NCBI GenBank assembly: GCA_963850905.1 | Contig: CAWKMU010000003.1 | Coordinates: 64,001 to 128,000, forward strand | Source of the DNA: an uncultured Gemmatimonadales bacterium | Lineage (GTDB): Bacteria; Gemmatimonadota; Gemmatimonadetes; Gemmatimonadales; Gemmatimonadaceae | DNA: 64,000 bases | Direction: 5' to 3' | Part shown: positions 49,987 to 59,209 of the stretch, one piece after another | How the letters are laid out: each line of letters begins with the position of its first letter | Numbering within the stretch: the first letter of the stretch is position 1 | Notes under the pieces: model-generated | What the model was told of the DNA's origin: nothing | The model's input: only the letters and a program-made list of their open reading frames with translations | The model's database searches: none | Program-made: the position numbers and the translations under genes

Positions 49987-50695
49987 TCATCCCGGTCCAC
50001 CCCGCCGCCCCCTGGGCCCGCCGTTCAGGTAGTCCTCGTACGCCTCCGGCGTATCCAGATCGATCGCGCCGAGCGGAAACGGAACGGTGACGATTCGCTC
50101 GGTGTCGCGCTCGATCAGCGCGCGTGCACCATCGTGATCGCGGAGTGCGTGGAGCTCTGAGAAGACCGCGCGATCGAAGAGTGCGGGGACGCCCGCGATC
50201 CCCGCGTACGCCGACGCGATGATGAGTGCGTCGGACCCGCGATATGTCCGGCCAAGACGGCTCAACACCGCGGCGGAGAGGTGCGGTTGGTCGCACACGG
50301 AGACGATGACGCCGTCGGTCGCAGGCGCCAACGCGGTCAGACACTCGAGGCCGACCTTGATCGATGATCCGAATGCCGCGGGCCCATCCCGAGTGGTCCA
50401 CTGCGTGGACCGGCAGGTCGGCGATGTCGGAGGCTAGGGCATCGCCGGTCGCACCGAGAACGACGACCACCGGTCGCCCCGCGGATTCGACTGCGGCTCG
50501 CGCAGCGTGTCGGAGCAGCGACTCGCCTGATCCGACCGCGTCGCGTTGGGCGATGCGAAGCGCCTGCTTCGGCCGGCCCATGCGGCTCGAGCCGCCGGCG
50601 GCGAGCAGGATCACGCCAATGGCCGCGCGTCGAGGCCGACCTGCCGCAGCGCCCGCGCGCGCACGTGGGCTGGTGCGCGCGCGACGCATCGCCAC
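49987..50695 (-). CDS. MocA-like nucleotidyltransferase; frameshift near 50370
   Basis: LAAGGSSRMGRPKQ in one frame; CDQP, P.LF, D.GAR and DLDTPE.Y in another. Confidence 0.85.
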
Positions 50696-51226
50696 CTACT
50701 GCCAGCCCTCGCGCGCCCGCAACGCCGTGATGTGGGCGACGTGGTGGCGGCTGTGCCAGCCGTAGATCGCGAGTGCGTCGTCGAGCGTATACGCGCGCCG
50801 GTACTCGGGGTGGATGTAGCGCCGACCAAATGCCTCAGGCGTCATGCCCTCGAGCAGCGAGACCCAGCGGGTGTGCAGGTGGTCGAGCATCGCAAGGGAC
50901 ACCTCGATTGGCACCGCCGGGGTATCCCACAGCTGTGCCCACTTGGCCTCATCATACGCCATGATCGTCGGCGAGTCCTCGGTCAGTGCCTGCTTGAACC
51001 GGATGTACGCGTTCGCGTGGCTGTCGGGCACGTGGTGGACGACTTGCCGCACGGTCCACCCACCAGGCCGGTAGGGAGTGTCCAGCTGTTTCGGAGAGAG
51101 GCCGGCTACCACGGCGCGCAGGGCCGCCGGCCCCTGCGCGATGTCGGCGATCAGCGCTCGACGCCGCTCTGGCGTGAACGGCGTAGACAGATCAGGCTGT
51201 CCAATGGGATACCGGAGATCTGACAT
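50696..51226 (-). CDS. YfiT/BstA-type DinB-superfamily thiol transferase
   Basis: DLRYPIG, YRPGGWTVRQVVHH..DSH, WHSRHH.AHI. Confidence 0.9.
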   Translation of the reverse strand: MSDLRYPIGQPDLSTPFTPERRRALIADIAQGPAALRAVVAGLSPKQLDTPYRPGGWTVRQVVHHVPDSHANAYIRFKQALTEDSPTIMAYDEAKWAQLWDTPAVPIEVSLAMLDHLHTRWVSLLEGMTPEAFGRRYIHPEYRRAYTLDDALAIYGWHSRHHVAHITALRAREGWQ

Positions 51227-51245
51227 GGGTGGTGGAGTCGGTGGG

Positions 51246-51989
51246 TTAAAGGACGTTGGGACTGCTATGCATGGGTCGGCCTTCGCTGTTCGGAGGCGTG
51301 TCGGCGCTCGACAAGCGGACGAGTGTCCCGTCGTCCAGACGGTGGCCACCCTCGAAGCTTAGCTGGCTCACGTTCAATCCGGCCCGCTGCATCGTCGACA
51401 CCGCGTCGGCGAGGCGTTCGGGAGTTGCAAACTCATCTCGAGTACCGGCCACCAGCCGAATGTGCGTGGCCCGAAACATCCGGAGATCTCCGCTCAGCAC
51501 ATCGTCGGGGACCAGGCCGCCCCAACAGACGAGCCGGTCCGCGCGTGTTCGAGAATGGGCGAGCCAGCGACAGATCGTCGCGACGCCTTGTGAGAACCCA
51601 AGTGCGGTCAACCGGAAGGTGTCGGACGAACGGGCCTTCAATGCGTCAACGATCGCATCGAGATATGCCACCTGGTCGGCGATCTCTGCTGCTCGGTCCT
51701 CGCGCGTCATCCATGAGGCACCGACCGGGCTTGTGGCGTGCGAGCCGCCGCGCGCCCGCTCCAGGTAGAACCGCGACAGCCCTTCGGGCGCCACGAGGAG
51801 CCGTCCGGGCGCATTCAGCACTCCCATGCGCTCGACGAACTCAGCCGCCAGCTGACCATATCCGTGGCAGGCGATCCACACGTCGTGGACGGCCGTTCCT
51901 GCCTCTCCAATCGTGTGATAGCGGGCCGTGCGCGCGACGGTGAGGTGATGCTCGTGGGCGGCGTGGCGCTCGCTGGTCTGGTGGCGCAT
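51246..51989 (-). CDS. Alpha/beta hydrolase (esterase/phospholipase-like)
   Basis: HGYGQ, GFSQG nucleophile elbow, D, GGH. Confidence 0.88.
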   Translation of the reverse strand: MRHQTSERHAAHEHHLTVARTARYHTIGEAGTAVHDVWIACHGYGQLAAEFVERMGVLNAPGRLLVAPEGLSRFYLERARGGSHATSPVGASWMTREDRAAEIADQVAYLDAIVDALKARSSDTFRLTALGFSQGVATICRWLAHSRTRADRLVCWGGLVPDDVLSGDLRMFRATHIRLVAGTRDEFATPERLADAVSTMQRAGLNVSQLSFEGGHRLDDGTLVRLSSADTPPNSEGRPMHSSPNVL

Positions 51990-52158
51990 AGCTCAACAAA
52001 ACTATGCGGATTGGCGTCTGAGCGCCGGCCCCTGCGGCTGGAATGCGTTTTGCTCTTTGATACCAATATGTCGGCTGCCGGCTGGCGGTCCCTCTTCGAG
52101 GAGGCCCGCACCTGGCGCTCTGCGTGTACGAGACGACCGACCAGGGTCGGGACCCACC

Positions 52159-53410
52159 ATGCCGCCTGAAAGCGATTGCCCGCTGGCTCGCGTGCTCGCG
52201 CATCGGTTGCGCGCGGCTCGTACCGAGCTGACCGCGCGTTGGCTTTCGCGGATCGCCGATCGCGTCAACATCGCGCCTCGTCGGCTGTTTCCGAGCGACG
52301 ATCTATTGGACCACATGCCATTGCTGATCGATGGCATCGCCGATTCGATCGCCGAACCGGCGCATGTCGTGCGCAGCGAGTCCGCGATCATCGACCGGGC
52401 CCGCGAGCTCGGCGCGCTCCGTCATGCGCAGGGTTTCGACGAGTACGAAATCTTGAAGGAGTTCGAGATCTTCGGCGGGATCCTCTTCACGTTCTTTGCG
52501 CGGACTGTCGAGGAAATCGACGAGCCGTGCTCCAAGCGTGAGCTCGCGGCCTGTTGCCATCGCCTATTTCAGGCGATCGCCGTGATCGAGCAGACAACGG
52601 CGGCCCGATTCCATCAGCTCATGCGCGCACGGGTCGCCGAGCGCGAGCAGCGCCTCCGCTTGTTCAACCGCGCACTCAGTCACGAGCTCCGTAATCAGAT
52701 CGGGGCGGCGCTGGGCGCCGGCGAGATCCTCTCGGGAAGCGGAGATGACCACCGACAAGCGTCGGCAACTGGCAGAGATCGTGGTGCGTAACCTGTCAGC
52801 GATGCGCACGATCCTCGACAATTTGCTCGAGCTGACGCGTGTCGGCGAAGCGGATGCTCGGCAGCAGCGCCACGTGTGGCTGCCCGAGGCCGCGCGCGAG
52901 GCGGCACGATCTCTTCGAGAGGCTGCGAGTGCCGCGAGCGTCGAAGTGCGGGTCGCGGCCGACGTGCCGGAGGTCGAGGTCAGCGCCGCGGCTGTCGAGT
53001 TGTGCCTGACGAACCTGGTATCCAACGCCATCAAGTACGCGGATCCGGACAAGGGCGGCCGCTGGGTCGAGATCTCCGGCCAGATGCATCGAGGCCAGGA
53101 CCAGTCGAGCGGTCAGGTCATCGTCGCCGTGCACGACAACGGCCTCGGGGTGCCGCCAGCCGATCGGCCTCACTTGTTCGAGCGGCTGTTCCGCGCCCAG
53201 GCGGAACACTCGGCCCGCATTCGCGGGACCGGCATGGGGCTCAGCATTGTGCGGGAAACGGTGGAGTCGCTTGGCGGCCGCGTCTGGGCCGAATTCCCGC
53301 CCGAAGGGTCGGTATTCGCCTTTACGCTGCCATGCCGGCGCGCCATGGACATGACGGGGGCCGGTGCGGCCAGCCAGCCACGAGCGACCAGTCCCAGCGC
53401 CCATCTGTGA
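52159..53410 (+). CDS. Cytoplasmic sensor histidine kinase with RsbRD-N-like domain; frameshift near 52740
   Basis: W..RI...LG.LRH.QGF N-domain, SHELRN (H box); then NLVSNAIKY, DNGLG, F box and GTGMGL in the next frame. Confidence 0.85.
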
Positions 53411-53416
53411 CGACCG

Positions 53417-53529
53417 GCAGAGGCGACGCATTGCGTGGCCCTCGTGCACGGCCCGCACTGACGCCTGACCCGCGGGTGCCCCCACATCACCTCACCCCAG
53501 ACCGGTAGGGGCGACGCATTGCGTCGCCC
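53417..53529 (+). repeat. REP-A pair (degenerate 53417-53441; 53505-53529)
   Basis: GTAGGGGCGACGCATTGCGTCGCCC. Confidence 0.75.
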
Positions 53530-53609
53530 TTCTGCACCGCCCGCAGATACCGCCGACCGGGCCCCGCACCCGCTGCGACATCCGCCCGCGACCGGGGTAT
53601 TGTCCCTGG

Positions 53610-54287
53610 ATGCTTAGACCCCTGTCGCCCCGTGGCGCGCTGCTATCCGTCTCGTTCCTCCTTTTTCCGTCCCCTTCTCTCGGGCGCGCAGCGCCGCCAG
53701 CGCCTGCTACATACACCCTGACCGTCGCGACGCGGGAGCTCGTGAGCACCCTTCGGGACCAGGTCTTCATAGACTCCGGCCGATTTTACCCGTGCCGCAC
53801 GAACGCCGCATGCTCCTCCTGGGGCCACGACATCGCGCTGAGCTCGCCCAGCCTGTCGATCCAAGGCCCGCGACTCGTCTTCTCGGTGCACCTCGTTGGC
53901 ACGTATGGAATGAGCCAGTTCTTCGCGGCAACGATTACCGGCGATCTGATCATCTCCGGCGTGCCAACGGCTCGCGGCAATCACGTGGTGATGACGGAGA
54001 CGTCGGCAGCGGCGGGTGAATCCAGCGATGTCGCCTTCCGCGCGTTCCTGGAGGCTATGCACCCGCGCATCGAGGCGATGATCGATCAGTCCCCAGGATT
54101 AGATCTCGCGCAGTACCTCGCCTCCGCGGCCTCTGACCAGCGGCTCCCGCCGCCGCGGCTCCCCAACGTCAGCTGTGTCGACCCGTCCCAGATCAAGCTG
54201 CAGTCCGTCTCGACAATGCCTACCGCCAGCGCGTTGACGGCGACGGTCTCAGTCAGCCCGCCGCCGCCGGGGAAGTGCGGGGGCTGA
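53610..54287 (+). CDS. Secreted hypothetical protein
   Basis: Signal-like leader, Cys pairs, 225 aa. Confidence 0.6.
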   Translation: MLRPLSPRGALLSVSFLLFPSPSLGRAAPPAPATYTLTVATRELVSTLRDQVFIDSGRFYPCRTNAACSSWGHDIALSSPSLSIQGPRLVFSVHLVGTYGMSQFFAATITGDLIISGVPTARGNHVVMTETSAAAGESSDVAFRAFLEAMHPRIEAMIDQSPGLDLAQYLASAASDQRLPPPRLPNVSCVDPSQIKLQSVSTMPTASALTATVSVSPPPPGKCGG

Positions 54288-54340
54288 ACCGCGGGGTTGG
54301 GGTCGGCTGCCTGGAAACAACAACCGCGACCGACAACAGT

Positions 54341-54478
54341 GGGCGGGCTGAAGCCCGCCCCTACATGTTGCGGGCGGCGTCACACCGGCATTCGTCGACC
54401 AGCCATCGCCCGACTCGGTAGAGTACCCGGTCACCACGGCCCCCCCGCCGACATGTAGGGGCGGCCTTCAGGCCGCCC
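54341..54478. repeat. Inverted pair of REP-B palindromes (REPIN-like)
   Basis: GGGCGGGCTGAAGCCCGCCCCTAC (minus-strand copy) and GTAGGGGCGGCCTTCAGGCCGCCC, 90 bp apart. Confidence 0.75.
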
Positions 54479-54566
54479 CTTTTCGCGGTTGCCGCCGCGG
54501 TGTCACTGCCTGCGTGGTGTCGGTGCCGGCGTGGATTCGTTGCGGTTGCAGTGTCGCCGCGATTGT

Positions 54567-54594
54567 TGACCCCTGACCCCTAACCCCTGACCCC
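54567..54594 (+). repeat. Heptamer tandem repeat (TRACCCC)
   Basis: TGACCCC TGACCCC TAACCCC TGACCCC. Confidence 0.7.
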
Positions 54595-54606
54595 GCCGTT
54601 CCCCCT

Positions 54607-57600
54607 TCATCCGCACTCCGAGAACCCACACACATGACACTTCACACACCCCTCGGCGAACTCCAGTTGTGATCCGCAGTCGGGACACGTGCCGATGAAC
54701 GACTCCGTCGCATCGGCGTACCGGTCGGGCATCCCTTGGGGCGATGCCGCGCCGTTGGGGCCTGCGGAGCCGGCCGTCGACGGCGGTGTGCTCGCTGCGG
54801 TGACCGGCGCTTCGCGCGGTGGCGGCGCCGCCTTGGCACCAGCGTCGTTCAGGAGGTCCTGCTGCACACCCTGGGTGTGGTCTCGCCACCAGTCCTCGAG
54901 GGCCATACCGATCGCGTCGGGCACCGAGAGGATCTTCTTCGGACCCAGTCCGACGACCCGATCCGATGCGATGCCGCGGAGCTGGCGGTGGATCTCCATG
55001 AGCGGGATGCCCGAGCGCAGCGCGAGCGAGATGAGCCGCCCCATCGCTTCGGCGTCCGCCATCGCCGATCCGCCGGCCTTCCCGAGGTTGATGAAAACCT
55101 CGAATGGCTGCCCGCGATCGTCCTCCGTGATGTTGGCGAACATCGTTCCGAGCGGCGTCTCGTAGCGCGCCGTCGTCCCGCGGAGCTTGTCGGGGCGTGA
55201 CCGCTTGGCTCGGCGCTGCAAGTTCTCCGCTTCCGCTTCGAACAACGCCTTCTTGAGGCGATCGATCTCCGCGTCACGCTCGGCGAGGGTGCCGTGCAGC
55301 TCGGCGATCTCGCGCTTCTCCTCCGCCGGCGCAGCAGTGGGTGCGGCCGCACCGCCCTTCTCACGCTCGGCTTTCGCCTTTTCCGTGGCGCCCGTCGACA
55401 GCACCTGATTGTCGCGCGAGCCGTCGCGGTACACCGTCACACCCTTGCACTTGAGTTGATAGGCCAGCTCGTAGATCGCGCGCACGTCGGCCACGGTCGC
55501 CGTGTGCGCGAAGTTGGTGGTCTTCGAGATCGCGCTGTCGCAGTGCTCCTGGAAGGCGGCCTGCATCCGCATGTGCCATTCGGGCTTGATGGCGTTGGCG
55601 GTCACGAAGACACGCTGCCACCGGGGCGGCACCTCCGGGAAGTCGATCCGTCCCTCTTTCGCGATGCGCTCCATGAGCTGCTCGGAGTACCAGCCCTCGC
55701 TCTTCGCAGCCGCGACGAAGTCCTCGTTCACGTCGGGCATCATCACGCCCGCCTGATTTCGCATGAACGCCACCGCGAACAGCGGCTCGAGACCCGATGA
55801 GCAACCGGCGATGATGGAGATCGTCCCGGTCGGGGCGACCGTGCGTGGTGTTGCAGTTGCGAAGGAGCATGCATCGGGCGGATGCGATCGCCCTGCGGCA
55901 TCACGCGCGCACGTGTCGTCCGGGCCCCAAATCGAACGCGCCCATTCCGGGAACGCACCACGCTCGTGAGCCAACCGTTCGCTTTCGCGCTTCGACTCTT
56001 GATCGAGGAACGCCATCACTTTGCGTCCGAACTCAACACCCTCGGGCGAGTCGTAGGCAATGCCTAGACGAACCAGCGCATCGGCGAACCCCATCACTCC
56101 CAGTCCAATCCGACGAATGCGCTTGGCGAGTGAGTCGATCTCGGCAAGCGGAAATCGATTGACGTCGATCACGTTGTCGAGGAAGTGCGTCGACAGATGG
56201 ATATCTCGGCGGAACGCATCCCAATCCAGCTTCCCATCGCGCACGTAATAACCAACGTTGACACTGCCAAGATTGCAGACGTCGTATGCCAGGATTGGTT
56301 GTTCGCCGCACGGGTTCGTCGCTTCGTAGTTGCCGATATGCGGAACCGGATTGTAGCGATTCGCTTCGTCGATGAAAAAACACCCCGGCTCACCCGTCCG
56401 CCACGCACCGTCGATCATCTTGTCCCAGACCGTGTTCGCATCCAGCTGGCCGACGACAGCGCCCGTGTGCGGGTCCTTGAGATCGTACGGCTTCCCGGCC
56501 TTCACGGCGGCCATGAACGCGTCGGTGACCGCGACGGAGATGTTGAAGTTCGTGATCTGGGTGATGTCTTCCTTGCACGTGATGAAGTCAATGATGTCAG
56601 GGTGATCAACGCGGAGAATGCCCATGTTCGCTCCGCGACGGGTGTTGTGGCTCACGAACCCGTTCGCCACGTACGTGTGACTCCCCGGGACCGAGAGATC
56701 CAGCGTCAGCGACGTCCCTTCCTCGATCGACACGACCTGATCATAGAACTGGTCGTGCGCCAGAAACCACATCAGCGAGCTGCTGCGGATCGCCTCATGT
56801 TTGTCAGCGAGCATCTCGAGCCGAGAGCGCGTGAGATGGCGAGGTGCGGACACGTCGGGCAGGTAGTGCTGGAGATCGCGGTACAGTGCGCGATCAGCGC
56901 CGCGCGAACCGCGCCCGGGCCCCGACCCGCGGCCAGGACCGGCATATGCTAACTCGAGCGCTTCTTCTTGATTGGGGATCACATCGTTTCGCTCCCACGT
57001 GGCGTCGAGTCCCTCCGCGAGGCGCGCGTTTCGTTCCGCATCTAGAAAGCCGATCGTGGTCGCGAACACCTCCATCCCCGCCTGCGTTGCGACACGCAGC
57101 CGATGAAGCGGTCGAGTCCCGTACGCGCCGGTTCGGTGCATCACGACGGACCGACCAGTCGGCACGCCGACGGCCAGCAACAGCTGTTGCACATCATCGA
57201 CGAGCTGCTCCGAGACCGACACGAACGACGGATAGCCGTCCCTGGATATGGTGCCGTCGGCCGTGAACAGGCCCCGCAGAAACCCACGCGCTACCGCGGC
57301 ACCGCTCCGAAAGACGAGACCCGGCACACGCGCGGATGCCGCATGGAGCTTCTCGACGCCGATTTGATTCAACCAGCGGACGAGCGTCGTCGCACAGTAG
57401 AAATAGTTCGTGCTGCCATCGTCGGGCTTCTTCTCCAGCGAGGGCGCAATACCAAACAGCTCGTCACTGGTCCGCAGCGCCCACGCAGCGACGTCGGGCT
57501 GCCGATCGCTGATCGTGAGGATGAGCCGACCAATGCCTCCAGCCGCGCCGTGCGTGAACGTGAAACTCCCATCGCCGATGAGGTACCCGAGGAACTCCCC

Positions 57601-58548
57601 GAACTGCTCCGTAGCCTCCCTCGGGAGGCGTACCGGCTTTGCATTCACGTGCGGCTGGTGATCCAGGGGCGGTAGCGCCGCAGACTCGGGCTCCAGCATG
57701 TGCCCCTTCTGCAGAACCGCCCAGTCGCCGAGCTGTATTTCGTCGACTCGCCGCCACACGTACCGGCCCATTCCGTCGATTACGCGCACGCGATGCTGTG
57801 GCGTGGCGGCAATGTGATAGCCGCTTCGCGTGCGGATGCGGCGGATGGGACCGACCCCGTGATTGTAGAATTCGTCAGATGTCTGCGGCGCCTCATCGGT
57901 AGCAACCACGAGTGGTCGCTCGTGCGTATGCCACGAGTCCGCACTGGCGTCGGCAGGACCCAGCTCGCGAATGGGCACGATCCCACGATTCGTTGAGACC
58001 AGCGTGTCTGGCGCCACGCAGCCACCCTGTTTCACAGCCTCGGTCGATGCGTCGTACAACTTCATAAATGACACGGGGCCGGACGCGACACCGGTCGTCG
58101 AGCGCACCATCGAGCCTTTCGCACGCAAACGCGAGAAGCTGAACCCCGTGCCCCCACCGCTTTGGTGGATCAGTGCCATCGACTTCAGCGTGTCGTAGAT
58201 ACCGTCCTTCCCGTTCGACAGCGCGTCGGCCACGCCGAGGACGAAGCAGGCACTCAACTGCCCGAGCGGCCGCCCCGCGTTCATGAGCGTCGGCGAGTTG
58301 GGCTCGAAGCGACGCTCCGTCATGAGCCGGTAGAACTCCTCGCTCACGCTCTGCACCGCCCCGTCGCTCGCCCCGTACCGCCGATCCGCCTCGGCGATCG
58401 TCGTCGCCACCCGCCAGAACATCGTCTCGGGCGTCTCGGTCGGCTTCCCCCCCGCGTCCTTGACGAGGTATCGCTTCTCGAGGACCGTGCGGGCGTTGGC
58501 CGACAACGGCGCAGGACCGGCGGGCGGAAGGGACTTGGACGACGCCAT
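54607..58548 (-). CDS. nrdJ: Class II (B12-dependent) ribonucleotide reductase with intein and C-terminal TSCPD/Zn-ribbon
   Basis: PNSPTLMNAG, SACF, GGGTG, TNPCGEQ, APTG.IS, K.VTVYRDGSR, terminal CxxC..CxxC; local compensating frameshifts near 55845-55895. Confidence 0.95.
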   Translation of the reverse strand: MASSKSLPPAGPAPLSANARTVLEKRYLVKDAGGKPTETPETMFWRVATTIAEADRRYGASDGAVQSVSEEFYRLMTERRFEPNSPTLMNAGRPLGQLSACFVLGVADALSNGKDGIYDTLKSMALIHQSGGGTGFSFSRLRAKGSMVRSTTGVASGPVSFMKLYDASTEAVKQGGCVAPDTLVSTNRGIVPIRELGPADASADSWHTHERPLVVATDEAPQTSDEFYNHGVGPIRRIRTRSGYHIAATPQHRVRVIDGMGRYVWRRVDEIQLGDWAVLQKGHMLEPESAALPPLDHQPHVNAKPVRLPREATEQFGEFLGYLIGDGSFTFTHGAAGGIGRLILTISDRQPDVAAWALRTSDELFGIAPSLEKKPDDGSTNYFYCATTLVRWLNQIGVEKLHAASARVPGLVFRSGAAVARGFLRGLFTADGTISRDGYPSFVSVSEQLVDDVQQLLLAVGVPTGRSVVMHRTGAYGTRPLHRLRVATQAGMEVFATTIGFLDAERNARLAEGLDATWERNDVIPNQEEALELAYAGPGRGSGPGRGSRGADRALYRDLQHYLPDVSAPRHLTRSRLEMLADKHEAIRSSSLMWFLAHDQFYDQVVSIEEGTSLTLDLSVPGSHTYVANGFVSHNTRRGANMGILRVDHPDIIDFITCKEDITQITNFNISVAVTDAFMAAVKAGKPYDLKDPHTGAVVGQLDANTVWDKMIDGAWRTGEPGCFFIDEANRYNPVPHIGNYEATNPCGEQPILAYDVCNLGSVNVGYYVRDGKLDWDAFRRDIHLSTHFLDNVIDVNRFPLAEIDSLAKRIRRIGLGVMGFADALVRLGIAYDSPEGVEFGRKVMAFLDQESKRESERLAHERGAFPEWARSIWGPDDTCARDAAGRSHPPDACSFATATPRTVAPTGTISIIAGCSSGLEPLFAVAFMRNQAGVMMPDVNEDFVAAAKSEGWYSEQLMERIAKEGRIDFPEVPPRWQRVFVTANAIKPEWHMRMQAAFQEHCDSAISKTTNFAHTATVADVRAIYELAYQLKCKGVTVYRDGSRDNQVLSTGATEKAKAEREKGGAAAPTAAPAEEKREIAELHGTLAERDAEIDRLKKALFEAEAENLQRRAKRSRPDKLRGTTARYETPLGTMFANITEDDRGQPFEVFINLGKAGGSAMADAEAMGRLISLALRSGIPLMEIHRQLRGIASDRVVGLGPKKILSVPDAIGMALEDWWRDHTQGVQQDLLNDAGAKAAPPPREAPVTAASTPPSTAGSAGPNGAASPQGMPDRYADATESFIGTCPDCGSQLEFAEGCVKCHVCGFSECG
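56644..58020 (-). mobile_element. 459-aa intein with LAGLIDADG homing endonuclease in nrdJ
   Basis: KQGG|CVAPDT ... TPQH ... LGYLIGDG ... FLRGLFTADG ... VANGFVSHN|TRRGA. Confidence 0.95.
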
Positions 58549-59081
58549 GACTACGCTCCAAACTCGAGAACGTGAAAGCTAGCCGACTCGGCCATCAGGG
58601 CATTTGGCGCGCGGGACCCTCGAGCCGACCCCGCGCGCCATAGTCCAACCGATCGTAAAATGGAGCGGCATTGTAGCGGGCCTCGTGTATCCGCGCCAGT
58701 AGTCAGCTAAGCCGCTGTACCGCATCCAGTTACATTTTGGATATCACATTGGCGCACAGTTCGGCGTCTTATCCACGTGACGACTCCGTGGTCCCGCCGT
58801 TACACGCCACGCCCCCTGCACCCGGCCCCAGTCGCGCCGCGCGACCACTCAGTAACGTAATGTGATTTAAGACGTTATATAAGGTTCGCCGCAACAACTC
58901 CGGCCGGGCTCGCCCCACCCAGCCTGCCCCACTCCCGCCCGCCACGCCCCAACCGACGCCAGGCGCTTGCCCGGATTCGCGAGCCCTAAGGTAACAGACT
59001 CTACTATAATATGTAAATGCCGGGATGTTGGACGTTTGAAAGCCGGGCCAGGAGGTCAGGCGTCAGGGAACCAAATCGAAA

Positions 59082-59197
59082 GCCGATCACGGCGCGCTGC
59101 GATCGGCCTTGGACCGGTAGGGGCGACGCATTGCGTCGCCCGCCGTTGTCGTTGCGGTCGTCGTTCCCGTCACCCCCTACCCGTCACCCGTTACCCG
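59082..59197 (+). repeat. REP-A module (REP 59117-59141) matching 19661-19746, plus (CCGTCAC)-like heptamers
   Basis: GCCGATCACGG...GGCCTTGGACCGGTAGGGGCGACGC.TTGCGTCGCCCG..GTTGTCGTTGCGGT shared by both copies. Confidence 0.85.
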
Positions 59198-59209
59198 TTT
59201 TTCTAGCGC

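Noticed and set aside
58549..59080. Cobalamin riboswitch or oriC upstream of nrdJ
   Set aside because: No B12-box consensus was recognised; there is only one imperfect DnaA box and no dnaA context
17236..59141. CRISPR array from recurring palindromes
   Set aside because: Copies are dispersed singly or in pairs between genes, with no regular spacers and no cas genes
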